Part shown: positions 40,150 through 53,498 of the stretch, one piece after another
Position numbering within the stretch: the stretch's first letter is position 1
Layout of the letters: every line of letters begins with the position of its first letter
Origin: Cycas panzhihuaensis
Taxonomy: Eukaryota > Plantae > Cycadophyta
Assembly (NCBI GenBank): GCA_023213395.1
Contig: CM041465.1
Span: 211,675,741-211,739,740, forward strand
Direction of reading: 5' to 3'
Length of the DNA: 64,000 bases
Notes under the pieces: generated by a model
What the model was told of the DNA's origin: nothing
Database searches by the model: none
The model's input: the letters and a program-made list of their open reading frames with translations, nothing else
Position numbers and translations under genes: made by a program

Positions 40150-43100
40150 ATAATGGTTGGGCATCAAAATACAAAGGAAGTAGTTGACCAGCCCATCGAA
40201 GATGAGTAAATCTTAGAAACCCAATATTTAAAGAAGAAGATGAACACCACAAGAGTTGAGGTCTCAATACAAGCCATAATAGGAGTTATTACATTAGCTT
40301 AATTACTACGTCTCTTAGGAAACACTAAGGGAATTAAGGTGATAGTGCTAGTTAATAGTGGAAGCATGTATAATTTTATCAATAAATAGATAATTAAATA
40401 ATCAAGTCTTCGCATTATACCATATAAATAATTTCAAGTAGCCATAGCAAGAGGGAAAACTATATCATAAGGAAGGTTATGTCCCAAGGTCCTAATTTCA
40501 ACCGGAGTTTATTTTCTCCAATCATTAATGTATGTTATACCTATACGAGGAGTGGATATAATATTAAGAGCATAATGGTTGAGGATGTTAGAAATATTTT
40601 TTATAAACTACAATATGTTATTTATGAATTTTTAGCGAATTGGTAAACAATATAACTTGTAATCTATACCTATGCTACCTAATCATATAGTCTCTTCACA
40701 TTATATAAAGAAACTCTTAAGGAAATAAGCTCTAGGGAATGCCATCAATTTATACAATCACAATACTAGAAGAAGCCAATATCCATCCAATCATAGAAGG
40801 TATAATTCAAGAATACTCAAAGGTCTTTAAGGGGGTTCCAAAAGATCATTCCCTTAGTAAAAGGATGATACATGTTATTGAGGTTGAGCTAAGAACAACA
40901 CCTATTAATACATGACCTTATTAATAGCTACAGCCCCATGAGGTAGTCACCAAGAAGTTAATAAAACAATTACTAAAGTAAGGGGTAGTTATTCCTAGTA
41001 AAAGCCCTTTTCACAATTTTAGTTATCTTCCTACCAAAAAGGGATAGGTCTTATAAAATATATAATAGTTATAAACTATTAAATAAAGTAACCATCAAGA
41101 GTGAATTTTTTAGTATATGCATCGATGACCACCTTAACGAACTACATGGAGCCCAATTTTTTACCAAAATTAATTTAAGATTAAGTTAGTGCCAAATCTA
41201 AGCAAGGGCTCAGGACATGGACAAAATGGATTTTTACACTTATGAGGGTTATTATGAGTGCAAAGTTAAATCTTTTGGGTTGACAAATACACTAACCACA
41301 TTCCAAACCATTGTGAATAGGGTATTTTCACCTTATATTTAAAAATTTATATTAGTTTTCATTGATGATATTTTAATATATAATAAGTGTTAGGAAGAAC
41401 ACCTATAGCACATCAAGAAAGTACTACAAACACTTCAAGATAATGCCCTTTTTACAAATCAAGCTAAATACATATTTGGAAGATAGGAAGTAGAACATGT
41501 GGGCTATATCATATCAAAGAGAGGAGCCAAGGTTGATCTAAGGAAAATTTTGGTAATATTAGACTAATTAACACCAACAAGTGTATCAAAGGTTAAGGGA
41601 TTTTTGGCAGTCACAAAGTTTTATAGGTGCTTTATTAAGGGATATGGTCAGACATCAACACCCATGTATCACTTAACAAAGAAGGATGCATCCAAATGGA
41701 ATGAAGAGGTAGAGGGATCATTTAATAACCTCAAGAGTCTTATGACAACCTTGCCAGTACTTGTAACTCCAAATTTTTAAAAAAACTTTTATGTTGGAAT
41801 GTAACACATTAAGAGAGGGATGAGGAGTAGTATTAATATAGAATAAACAACTTATTGCATTTGGCAGTTAAAAAAATCAAAGGTAAGGAGAAGTTATGAT
41901 ATATATGCAAAAAAGAAGTGCTCACCATTATTTACATTATTTGAAAATAATGGTAATATTTAATTAGAAATAAATTTCTAGTCAAGATATATCATTGTAG
42001 TCTAAAATAGTTCTTGAAACAACCAACCTTATCAGAAGATCAATAAAGATAGGTAAGTAAACTATAAGTTTTTAATTTTGAGATAATTTATTAAAAGGGA
42101 AAAGGGAATATAATTGATGATGAATTATCAAGGAAAGATGAAGGAACATCCCTATGTATTCCATGTCTATTTGAGCTCCTACTCATATCATAGAAGTTCA
42201 CCAAGAATATGTAAGGGATGCTCAAACTTGGTATATCATATGATAACAATAGAAACACGAGATAAGAGTTTTTCATGGAAAAACAATATCCTATGGTAAG
42301 AACCAAGTTTATTTAATACCAAATCTATAATTCAATGGAATAGTTTTCTAAGAGTACCATGTTATTCCCATTGTTAGACATATAAGAGTTGACAAGACAT
42401 GTCACAATATTAAACAATCATCTTTTTGAAAGGGCTTGAATAAGGATGTCTAATGGGATGTAGAAGAATGTGATACATGTTAGAGAAACAAGTTAAAAAT
42501 AATATAGTTATCAAGCCTCCTTTAACCACTATACATTTTAGAGTAGAAATAGGAAGAGATCTTTGGTGTTTAGGGGGGGGTGTGGTAGTGGGGGCAATAT
42601 TAGTAGTCATAGATAGAATAACAAAGTATGCTCGCTTCAGGGGAATATAGTCATTATTCAAGGCCAATCACATTATCATTCTTTTTATAAAAGAGATTCA
42701 CTGACTACGTAGAGTTCTTAAGGCCATTATAAGTGATCATAATCTTAAATTCACAAGTAACTTTTGGGAAGAGACATTTAACTTAGTTGGAACCAATTTA
42801 ACCATGAGTACAACATATCACCCTCAGATAGATGGTCAAACAAAGGTTATGAATAAATGTTTAGAAATCTGCCCTAAAGTTTCATATCAAATAAATAGGT
42901 GCATTAGCATAAATAGTTATATCTATTAGAATGGTAGTATAAAATCATCTACCATTTTGCAACTCAAATGGCACCTCTTAAAGCTTTTTATGGACAAGAC
43001 CCACCATCTCTAATCCATGCAGTGATGCAATCTAAAGCCCTATCCATTAAGAAGTAGATGGAGAGAATGGAAGAAATTCTTCATATCTTTAAATATGATA

Positions 43101-43600
43101 TGAATATAATAAGTAATAGAATCAAATAACAATAAGGCCTACATCAATGAGAAAGATAATTCAAAGTTAGTAATTGGGCATTTTTAAGATTACAACCTTA
43201 TAAATAGTCCATAATAAGGAAAATAAGAAAGTAAAAACTACGACCCAAGTTCTATAGGCCATTCCAAGTATAAAGAGGGATTGGGGAAGTAACCTATCAA
43301 TTTGACCTACCATACAATCATAAATCTTATTTAAAGAAGAAAATTAGGGACAAGATTGTACTTTAAACAACCTTACTAGAGTTGGACAAATAAGGATACT
43401 TAGTCATGCAACCTAAAGGTATTAGTGATGTCAAGAGAAGGTACTTGCATACAAAAGTAATCAATGAATACCTAGTGAAATGGAAGGATATGGAAGTCAA
43501 GGATGTAGCATGGGATGACAATAGAACCTACAAGTTCTAATGCTTTGAGGGAAAAGCATCTTTTAATGGGAGCAACTTATTACATTCCCCAAATAAGGAG
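40150..43600 (+). mobile_element. degenerate Ty3/gypsy chromovirus pol (PR-RT-RH-INT-chromodomain), PPT and start of 3' LTR
   Basis: VIVLVNSGSMYNFI (protease), YECKVKSFGLTN and VFIDDILIY (RT; FIDD at 41358-41369), TYHPQIDGQTKVMN (integrase), PKFYRPF (GPY/F), EYLVKWKD...VAWD (chromodomain). PPT TTTTAATGGGAG then TATTACA at 43578. Most of gag and the 5' LTR not found. Confidence 0.93.
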
Positions 43601-44049
43601 GGAAACTTAGGGCCCACTCAACATAAATCATATATTTAAAGGAATTGGCATGGAGATATCATCATCATGTTTTTGGAAATATTGTTTGTGGAATCTGTAG
43701 ATAGTAGCCCAAGAGGTCCCCTCACCTCAAAGTCAATAATGAATTGAAGGAATTACTCATTAATCAACTTTTTTAGATTTATTGAATTAATTATTCTTAG
43801 TTAATTCCATATATTTAATGATTTAAATTCAAGTTCTCTCACTTTTGTTACATAAAATATGTTAGTGATCCCTTTGGATTATATCATAAAGGCATTCTTC
43901 TAAATTATCACCTCTTCTATTTTCTTTGTCAAATTTGTCACCTATATTTTTACTACATCAAATGTAACATCTTATTTTTCTTAACCTTTCAAAGATAACT
44001 TTAACTTTTCTTATCTGACACGTGTTTAAAATTCTTGAATCTTTATTGT

Positions 44050-46060
44050 AACTTGATCAACTCATCAATTTCTTACTACTTTATTAATAACATTAGTCTC
44101 TTCTTCAATTAAATATAATTTATTATCCTCAGCTATAATTTTGATTCCATCTTCCTCTTTTCTTATTTAAGATTAGTCAACTCATAATAAGTATGTATTT
44201 TTTTTTTCCCTTAATGTAATTCATCTCAAAATTTATAATAAACATCCTATAATGATTCCATTTTAAGTTCTAGCAAGGCTAAGGATTTAGAAATTATAGG
44301 TGATTCCTCCTTTTTAGAGCCTATGGACTCAATAATAATCGTCTAAATAAGAATTGAGGGAGTAATCATGACATCTCTAATAACTCTCCACCTTTCTTAA
44401 TTAAGATATTAAGTTTTATGGAAGCCATGCCAATGTCTTGTTCTTCCTTCCATATAGCCAACATCCTTTGATGGGAGATGTGTAGATATGAAGAATAAAT
44501 TTGAACAAAAACATATTTAGGTAGCATATTAGCTAGTAAATTCCATGGAATTCTAAGACATCAAGGTAAGACACCCTTAGTAGGGGAAAAATTTCTTACT
44601 TTCTTTCTTTAAGATATAGGCTTGTAGTAAGGATTTAAATTTCTTGGTAGCCCTTTTTTGTCCACTTTAATCCTATGCCAAATACTTGAGTGGCCTTTTC
44701 CATAATTTCCTTTATAACTAGTATCTCATAACTATGTAAAATGGTTTTACCATGGTTGAAATTCATCACAAATTGATTAACTTGTTTCAAATCATAGTCA
44801 TGGAATTTATTAGAAAAATAAACATGCATACCTTTGTCCTTAAGTGCTTTCTCCAAATTCCTATCTTACTCAATTAGCTTCATAGGGGGTTATGTTATTA
44901 AGTAGATGACAAATGTAATATGCCCAATCACTTTCAAAATAGTTTATGAAATCTATTTAACAAAATGAGATGTCATCATTGTCTAAGTTTCTGAATAAAT
45001 AGTCTTCCTATAACTGGCTTGAATGCACATTTGTGTCATTCATTAACACGTAAAAAGGATGAAAAAAAATCTATTCATTGGCATTCATAGAATATTTGCT
45101 AACAATGGAAAGAATATTTGTTACACCTCATTAACAAAGAAATATATAAAATCTCATTAATATTTAATATAAGAAATGAATCAAACCTTTAGTAGTTACA
45201 ATGAGGTATGCATGTTTGATCTACCACACTAGCTCTAGGAAATATAATATTTGGCTTCTCATGTTTGGTAATATAGACTTTTTGGTTAGGCTCCTCTCTC
45301 TTAACAAGAACTATAGCATCACTCCATAAAACACATGAACCTTTTAAACTAAGAGTTGCCCTAATGGTATTAATCAGCACCTCTACAATTTTCCTCCATG
45401 TGCTAGTTTTATCAGTTGAAAATAAATGTTAAGTAAAAATCATCAACTTTGTTTCTCAACATTGCCTTCTTCCTCATACAACTACATAATATAATTTCTT
45501 TATTGTATGGATTATGGCAAACATCCTTACAATATAATCCTAGTAATTAACATGCTTAACCATAAATATTATATGTTTGTTTTTCCATGACCATTAAATA
45601 TGCATAAATATGACACCATATATCTCTCTTTTGTAGGAAAGATCCAAATGGACATGATGAATTGTAATAGAAACAATTTCTTCTTTCTTGTTAAGAAGCA
45701 ACATAAGAATAGAAAAGCATTTAAAAATATTATTATAACCCATACCTTGATTTTATTGGTCACTTAACATTAACATGCTCTTAATGTAATGGAAATCCTC
45801 TTCTTCATTTAACGTTTCTTAGCCACCAAACTCAACTTCGTATCTTGCCTTGCTCTTTTATAGGAAAATCCATATTGGCATATATGTGAGCTCTAAGATG
45901 ACAAGATATTTATTCTTGTCCTTGAATTACTCAAAGTTCATTGCAAATTTCTCCATCTTTGCTTTGCATACGTGCTTTCTCATAAGCAAATTTCTTTCTA
46001 GAGCTCTATATTTGGCCCTCATTGAAAAATTTAAATTCAAACCTCTTGTAGAATGATCCT
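44050..46060 (-). mobile_element. degenerate retrotransposon remnant with accessory ORF (44450-44860) and gag-like coiled-coil remnants
   Basis: KFHDYDLKQVNQFVMNF...EIMEKATQVFGIGLKW followed by KGVLP*CLRIPWNLLANMLPKYV resembles accessory ORFs of plant LTR retrotransposons (recalled, not searched). Confidence 0.45.
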
Positions 46061-49000
46061 ATGGATAAAAAGACCCATAAGTGGTAAGCCCAACCTCAAA
46101 CCAAGCTATTAAATGTATCTAAACCAAGCTACTTATATAAGGTCTTTGAAATTTAAATGATGAATGAATTACTAAATTCTTGACTATTATAAATTCCATC
46201 CAACTAATGAATGAAAGTCCTAATTATAATAGAGTCTATAGAAATAGGTATAGGATAGACGAAGATGTGTTTAGGGCTATGGGGTATCTCCTCCTCATTT
46301 TATTTTGAGACTTCCTATAGAGGGGAACAAAAAGCATTTTACCCACCATGATTGTAAGATGGAGTTATGAATGTATTTATATACCTTTAGAATGTTAGTT
46401 AAAATCAAATCTCCTTCAACCACCATCCAATAGTTGTAAGCATTCCATGGAATGATAGAAATGTCCTCCAAGAAGGACTCAAATTCACTCAACACTATCC
46501 ATAGATAAATATATAGATGCTTCCATTTAATTTTGAATGCAAATGTACTCATCACGCCACTAGTCTTACTACTAAAGAATTAATAAAGTGAAAGCTAGGA
46601 ATCATCATACATAGAAATTATTATAAAGCCATAATAAAATTCCAATCACTACAAAATATTTTTATTAAGCACATTGGCACTTGAATAAGGAACTTGTAGT
46701 ATAATGTTTAATCTTACATAGGATAATACCTTAAAGGAAAAAAGACACCTTACAAAAGCAAGAATTCTAAGGGCAAAAGCCTACTCTTATTTCATTTCAA
46801 TTGTGTTTTAACACTTTCATACTAAAGTATTTAGAAGATGCAACTACCTAATTACCTTAATTAGTCATCATTAATCAAATTTTATTTAGTAACAATTATA
46901 TTATCCCCCACCAAAAATAAGCTTCTCATTAAATAAGTGGATAGTGGGATCAATCTCAAGGATAAACATAAAACCAATACCCCTTCCAAAATATAGTAAC
47001 TTGGCATATCACTCTACATCATTGATGTACCCTTAGCCCCTCACATTAGTAAGATTTAGAGTACATACATGTTCTTATCTTCCACATGTCATTAGCTTGC
47101 TCGAAATAAAACACATACGAGCATAATGTTAAAGGCATATAAATTGACTTATCAAAGTGTATAACCAAAGCTAGGATGATATAACAAGTAATGTATAAAG
47201 CATAATATAACTTCAAAGTTTTTCGTGCTACTTTTCAAATAAATATTAGGGTGCAATAAGTCATATGATATAATTATTGCATGCCTTGAAAGAAGTGTTG
47301 AATTTATATTGAGATGTTAAACCCAACTAAATAGGATTCACCATATGCAGTCATATGGACCTAGCTCAGGTGTATGGACACACATACACATAAATACATG
47401 TACATTTTAAATACAAAGTATGTCTATGAGTTGCATTTTCTAGCTAATATACACATTGTCACAAAGGTAAAATCAAATGCAAATGCTTTATTTTAATTTT
47501 TCTATATTATAGATAGGTTATGCGTCTAATTTATAATAGGGAGTCAATAAAATAATCATCTCATGTATCCTCATGGGAGCATATATTATGTATAACTTAT
47601 ACTTTTATTAGTATGTACATTTAAGATAATTAAGGTGGGGGAGTAGTTGAGAAAGGGACAAGTATATGATTGGTTTTGAACTGTGTATATACTGCATAAG
47701 CTTGACTTGAAAAGGATTGATTGATGCAATGGAGCAAGATGTGAGAGGCATCTAACCTAATACCATTCAATCCTCATAGCAAAAGAATAAGTTGTTAATA
47801 GGTACAATAATGGTAGTAATTCAATTGCAAACCACATACCAATGCATTCCCAAAATCATATTCTTTTCAACTACAAAACACACACAAAATTATATTCTAG
47901 TAGCAAAAGAAGCAAAGGCTTAATAAAGATGAAGCAACTGTATTGAATAAGTGAATAATCATTCTCTAAACTATTTATTTAACAATTATTCTACATGACG
48001 CCTACCCTTAAAGGCATGCATCTATCATCAACCCATTTGTATTTGATCTTATTTGTTTCGGACAATCATGCAAATTCCACAACACCACTTTTATAATATA
48101 ATTTGTGTAATTTTCAACCCATATGTGTATGGCATAATCTTTTTTAAATTATGTGCAAACAAGATTTCTCTTTCAATGCTTTATGTGCATTAGAGAGTTG
48201 AGTTACATAGGTAGCGTGTTCCATCATGATTTTGGTTTTAATGTAAAGAAGCATTAATTGCTACTTTTGTTTATTTAATTAGGAAGGAATAATCGAGGGC
48301 CTTTTAAGAGTTGCAATACCTAAACCAAAGAAAAAGAGGGCTCTTGAAATTCGATCACATAAAATATAGTTTTTGAAATTTATCTAAGCCAACCCCATTA
48401 CGTGATATGCACAACTTGCTTTCTAGCCATGGATTAGGACAAGTATCTAGCAACTTTGCTTTAAGATGCATGATGTAAGTTTGATCATAATCTTTTATGT
48501 GGCCTTATCTCACATGCATCATTGTATGATCTAATGGGCACAATTATCTCCAAACTTGCTAGAGAGCACAACACGTCAGATGGCTTGATCATTAATAAAT
48601 TAAGTTTGGGAAAACCCTCATTATGTGCTTTAGGGATTTTGAATTCAAGAATGTTTGCATCCTAGGTTTGAAATAATACACCTACTTCATTTGACAAGAC
48701 ACAATTCCATCAAGTAATGGTAAAGTCACTCCATTAACATTTTCCATTTCCAATAAAGAACAACCAAATTATTTACTTTCCATCAATCCCATGGATGACA
48801 TAATCAACAATTGCTTACTTATTTATAGAAGCAATAGATTATCTGCGACATGTCAAATTAAGCACCACCTCATCATTATCTATGTAAATATGGCTATTAT
48901 TTAATGCCAAACAATGGTTGTTCACTTTGTATTTCAAGGGACATCCATGTCGGGGACATGATTCACCTTCCCATCAAACAAGACCCTTTCACTTTCTATA

Positions 49001-49336
49001 AGCCATGAAGGATGCACATAGAACAAGAAGAACAAGGTGGCATTGCACCAACCATTAACTAATCCATCACCTACAATTTGTTTGCACTTTGTGGTGTTCA
49101 GATTTGGGGGTTGGGAGTTCCATAGAAGTTACAAAATCAAGTGACTCAATTGGTTACCCCTTTTAGTATATGCAAAATCTAGTTATTGATTCATTGATTT
49201 TGTGCGTAATCCTGTTTGCCAAGGGCATCTGTAAAGGCATATTACCCCCTATATACGAAGTATATTTCTCGCATCTAGATTTGTGCCCACAAAGAGTTGC
49301 GGATTCCAAATTGTACAAGTCATTTGTGACTGGCTG

Positions 49337-49363
49337 CAATCAATTCTCTCGTCAGCTATAAAT
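49337..49363 (+). promoter_or_regulatory. putative core promoter: CAAT motifs and TATA box (TATAAAT 49357-49363)
   Basis: CTATAAAT lies about 90 bp upstream of ATG 49454, which has G at +4. Confidence 0.55.
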
Positions 49364-49453
49364 GTAACTGGGGAATGCCTGCGAACTTCAGGTTCCATGT
49401 TAGTCATTGCTCCATTGATTTGCCTGTACCAAGGGAAGGATAGGTCTGGTTCG

Positions 49454-51148
49454 ATGGACCCAGTGGACTTACCAATGGGATCTCTTGAATTCCAGAGCCC
49501 TGTATTGGGTTATGCAAGGCTTGGGATTCTAGCAATGGCTAGCAGCTTTTGGACATGGGCAGCTCTGGTTTTGACAGCACTCTTAAGTTTGTGGAGATTC
49601 AGGGGAGCTAAGGGATTCAGCGTTCGATTCACATGGTGGGGAAAGCATGCACAAGTGAGGGTCTTGTTACAGTCCTCCTCCTGCTCTCCCTCCTCTTCGT
49701 CCTCTGCCCATAAGACAATCAGGAGGAATGGCAATGCCTCTGTTGATGATCTTAATGGGAGCAGAAATGCGTATATGGATGATTTGGATCTCTTGGCATA
49801 CAGAAAGCAGACTTTGAACGACAGAGGTATTTACAGGAGGTCTAGGAGTAAGAGCTCTTCTACTTTTGACAGCTTGACCCTCTGTAATTCCATTGATTCC
49901 GAGTGTTTAGATGTAAATAGAAGAAATCCCACATGTTTTTTGGAGACCGAAATGGTTTTTATTTTTGAGAAATCAACGTCTTCACGGTTTGTTCCAAAAT
50001 CAACACCCTTCTGCATTAAAGGAAACCCATTTGCAGAACAGCAATTGCAGTCCCCCACCTACAGCAAATTGGATTGGTCGATAGGCGGTATTGGCGGTAG
50101 AATTCAAAAGCATGAGCAGCTCTGCACAACCGTGGGGCTTGCTAAAATTGAATGTTGGAGCTCAGAGGAGTTTGTAGAGATACAGAGTGGTAAGCTGAAT
50201 TCTTGTAATTCTTTATCATCAAAGTTTATTTTCGAAGAGGAAGGAGGTGGCAGATGTAAGGGTACTGGGTTTGTTTTCCAATATGATGAAAGGGAGGAAG
50301 AGGGGTTTTATAATTATTTTCTGGATTCATATATTGGCCAAGGTGGGTGTCAAAGGCTTGTATCATTTGAAAGACAGTATGGTTGGGATAAGTTATTCTC
50401 TTTCAGATTGGGGTTTGCATGGGATTGTTGCAGCACAGAGAGGTTCGGATTGAATTTGGATAGGTATTCAGAGTATTTCGTCCGAGACAATGTTGCCAAG
50501 GTCTGGGACGGTCCGAGACAAAGACTTATGAATCTCCTCCGCATACCTGAGGGTTTAGTGTCCTGTCTTGACATTTCCTGGAACAATGGTTTATTATCTG
50601 TCTGCACAGTGGACAGCAGTGTCCAGCTGTGGGATCTTCAGATGGCTAAATGCTTGAATGAAACAGTGATCAAGAATGGCATATCTGTGGGCACTAACAT
50701 TCAAGATAGCCATGAATCTCTATTGAGTGGTATTGTTACAAGAGACGAGGAAGCTTCAGTGTTTGTTTGGGATCCTAGGGTTTTTGTCAAGCCTGTGAGC
50801 TTCTTGTTGGGAAATCAGCCAAGTTTCCACACTGCCAAAATAAATGAAAAGAAGATTCATGTCTTAGATGGGTTCAACGACAAATTATTTGATATGAGAA
50901 TGCCTGGTGCATCACCCATTGAAGTAAGCCCCATGCAATATAAGGATCTGCCATCATCATTAACAAGAGAAGATACTACTAGGCCACTGCAGAATACTTA
51001 CTCGGAAGATTTTCTTTTCAATGAGGATGATGATGTTTGTGAGAGTGGTTCTCATGGAGTTCCAGATTCAGGAAAAAGTTGCAGGTCTTCCCTTTTTGAG
51101 CGATGCATAGGAGCTGTCTGTCTGATGACTCTGCAATCTGCCAAGTAA
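49454..51148 (+). CDS. intronless uncharacterised protein (564 aa): N-terminal transmembrane helix, Ser-rich linker, C-terminal degenerate WD40-like repeats
   Basis: Only long uninterrupted ORF in the window, GC-richer than its flanks, no TE motifs. Hydrophobic LGILAMASSFWTWAALVLTALLSLWRFR. WD-type ends DNVAKVWD, VSCLDIS...DSSVQLWD, ASVFVWDPR and DKLFDMR. Alternative in-frame ATG at 49397. Confidence 0.88.
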   Translation: MDPVDLPMGSLEFQSPVLGYARLGILAMASSFWTWAALVLTALLSLWRFRGAKGFSVRFTWWGKHAQVRVLLQSSSCSPSSSSSAHKTIRRNGNASVDDLNGSRNAYMDDLDLLAYRKQTLNDRGIYRRSRSKSSSTFDSLTLCNSIDSECLDVNRRNPTCFLETEMVFIFEKSTSSRFVPKSTPFCIKGNPFAEQQLQSPTYSKLDWSIGGIGGRIQKHEQLCTTVGLAKIECWSSEEFVEIQSGKLNSCNSLSSKFIFEEEGGGRCKGTGFVFQYDEREEEGFYNYFLDSYIGQGGCQRLVSFERQYGWDKLFSFRLGFAWDCCSTERFGLNLDRYSEYFVRDNVAKVWDGPRQRLMNLLRIPEGLVSCLDISWNNGLLSVCTVDSSVQLWDLQMAKCLNETVIKNGISVGTNIQDSHESLLSGIVTRDEEASVFVWDPRVFVKPVSFLLGNQPSFHTAKINEKKIHVLDGFNDKLFDMRMPGASPIEVSPMQYKDLPSSLTREDTTRPLQNTYSEDFLFNEDDDVCESGSHGVPDSGKSCRSSLFERCIGAVCLMTLQSAK

Positions 51149-53258
51149 CATGCTTGAAGGAAGCTCAATCTTTTATACATAAACTTGATGGAAAATATGT
51201 GAGACAATACCTCTAGTTTTCAAAAAAGGAACAGTTCCCATATTTTTCTAAGAGGCTTGAGTTGTACTTTGAAGAGGCCCTAAATACAGCTCAGTTGGTA
51301 GTTGGGCAACTCTTTCTTTTCTGAAATGTTGACTAACCTGTAATTTGTTTTTATGCTAAGAACAATCATATCACAGAGAGTTCCCACTTCATCAGAATTA
51401 AGCTCTTCTTGTGGAGCCATTTATGCAAATGCAAATTTGTGTACAGGTTTTAAAGTGTTTTCGGCATTCTATCCTTGGAGGAACAGTCTCTGAGTTTAAG
51501 CAGCAGCTTGGTGGGCTCTTCCTAGTTGTATACAATGTTTCTATAATTCAACTGATTGAAATGTAGATCCTTGTTTATTGTGAGAATCTTTAATTTGTAT
51601 GCACACTGCCATTATGTCTAAATTTTATGCTTATTCCTCAAAAATGAACGCATGAATCTATAGTAATATGGAAAATATAGTACACAAGTAAAAAGACCTT
51701 CCCAAGGATCCTTTTGTTAGGCATTTTAGTGGCTATTGGTTTAAAGATAAATAATTTATAGAATTTTTCATATTTATCAAGCATTTTTATAATTAATAAT
51801 CATCTACCAAAGAATTTAGTTAATTGGAGATGAGATATCTGGACACCATAAATCAAGATTCATATTATTGGGACCTAGGAGAACAAGCAAGGGAATTAAT
51901 GAAATTATGGGAAAGGAATAATAAGGAGACGAGCATATGTAAATTTGTATCTGCATCTAAGGAACATTAAAAAAAAGCATAAGATCCAAGCTTTTATGTT
52001 ACACTCATTCCCCAAGCGTGGGAAGTTGATTAGGAGTAAGAATAGGATTAATGAAATATTATGGGATAGATAGAATCAAATTCTTATATAATACAAGTAG
52101 GCTTTTATGGCAATGTACTTTATAAATGTGAATTGCCAATTCACCACGCCATTTACAAAGCAGCATGCAAATGGAATGACAAAAGGAATTACCAAAAACC
52201 AAAACTAATCAAGCTAAATAGCCTTTGAAACATACTTGGTAGCAAGAGGGACTACTCCACTAATTTGCATGGAAGAATATCATGAAAAGTTTGTGCAAAG
52301 TAAATTACAAATCTTAAAAACATGAAGAGAATAATGAACACATACCTACATGTGAAATAATTGAATTGCATAAGCAAAGTGAAGGATATTGGAAGGATCA
52401 CATAAATGAAGCAAGATCAGGGAATTATATTGTGAAGACAAACCAAGAGTTGAATGAAGCATGCTATGAAAAAAAGATCAAGTGAGGCATTTATTACCAA
52501 ATTCAAGGCTCAGGAGAGTTAAAAAACGAAAATGATATAATTAAGGTATTCCATGGTAATGATATTATAACATTACAATGCTAAAGCTCTATATTTGTAA
52601 TACTTCCAATAGACTTTCAATCAAAAACCCTAAATTCATAGTACCTCTAAAAGACCTTAAATCAAACATTCATATCAATGTTGTTGGAGTTCCTCTTAAC
52701 TTGGGTCTTGGTTAAAAAAAGGGTCATTCACTCCTCTAGACCCTAGAGATGGGGGAGACCAACCATGGATTTCATGAAGTCAACATCATTGGATTTTCCT
52801 TACTCAATGATAAAAGTTGGGTCTCCATCAATTCTCCTCAATTATCTAATATCCAATATTACTTTTGTTTAGAAAGTCCCTTTGAAGTCCATGAAGATGC
52901 TTTAAAAGATTAGGATATATGGTCAAAGAATATTACATGAACCATTCAAAAAATATAACGTCCTACCTCTCCATATAATGTTGCAAATGTATTCAAGAGT
53001 AAATTTCAGTGGAAGTTAGACTAAATATGTGCTAAATCATATCACCATTCTAAGCATTTAGTCCAAATTAAAAGAACATGATGAATGTAAAAAATCTACC
53101 AATCTCTTAGGGATGGATAAATTTATTGACTTAGACATTGATAATGGTTAATAACTTTATGGTTTCAAGCTATATTTTCAATAGATTATTGGAGATTAAT
53201 TCCTAAGATTATGGCATTCTCTATAGTCTCTAAAGTTTTTAAATTATAATTATAAGAC

Positions 53259-53498
53259 TATGGGATATGTTGAACACTTTGCAAGTATTACCTAGGTATA
53301 GACATTATACCTAAAACTCTTTTGGGGGTCCGATCAAGGCCCCTAGCTAAGGAGTTTTAGCGGCCAATAGCCCCCCAAGCAAGAGTTTGAGAGCACGAGT
53401 CCTTAAAAAAATTTTTAGGTATCTTATGAGATTTTTTTCAACCCATAGTTTTATAACCATTGTACTGTAACGCCGCTAGTTGGTTTCTTGTACATTTA

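Noticed and set aside
46295-46555. Possible LINE endonuclease or RNase H fragment (VVEGDL)
   Set aside because: Motif match is weak and ambiguous between domains.
47990-48580. TGACG, TACGTG and ACACGTCA bZIP-type boxes upstream of the gene
   Set aside because: Short motifs expected by chance; no conservation data available.
49170-49361. 63-aa upstream ORF as a regulatory uORF
   Set aside because: It lies upstream of or across the predicted TATA box, so is probably outside the transcript; no recognisable motif.
49283-49453. 621-aa ORF start given by the ORF track
   Set aside because: It begins at GTG and lies upstream of the putative TATA box; a eukaryotic start at ATG 49454 (or 49397) is more plausible.
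49510-50607. Short antisense and alternate-frame ORFs within the gene
   Set aside because: Shadow ORFs of the main GC-richer CDS.
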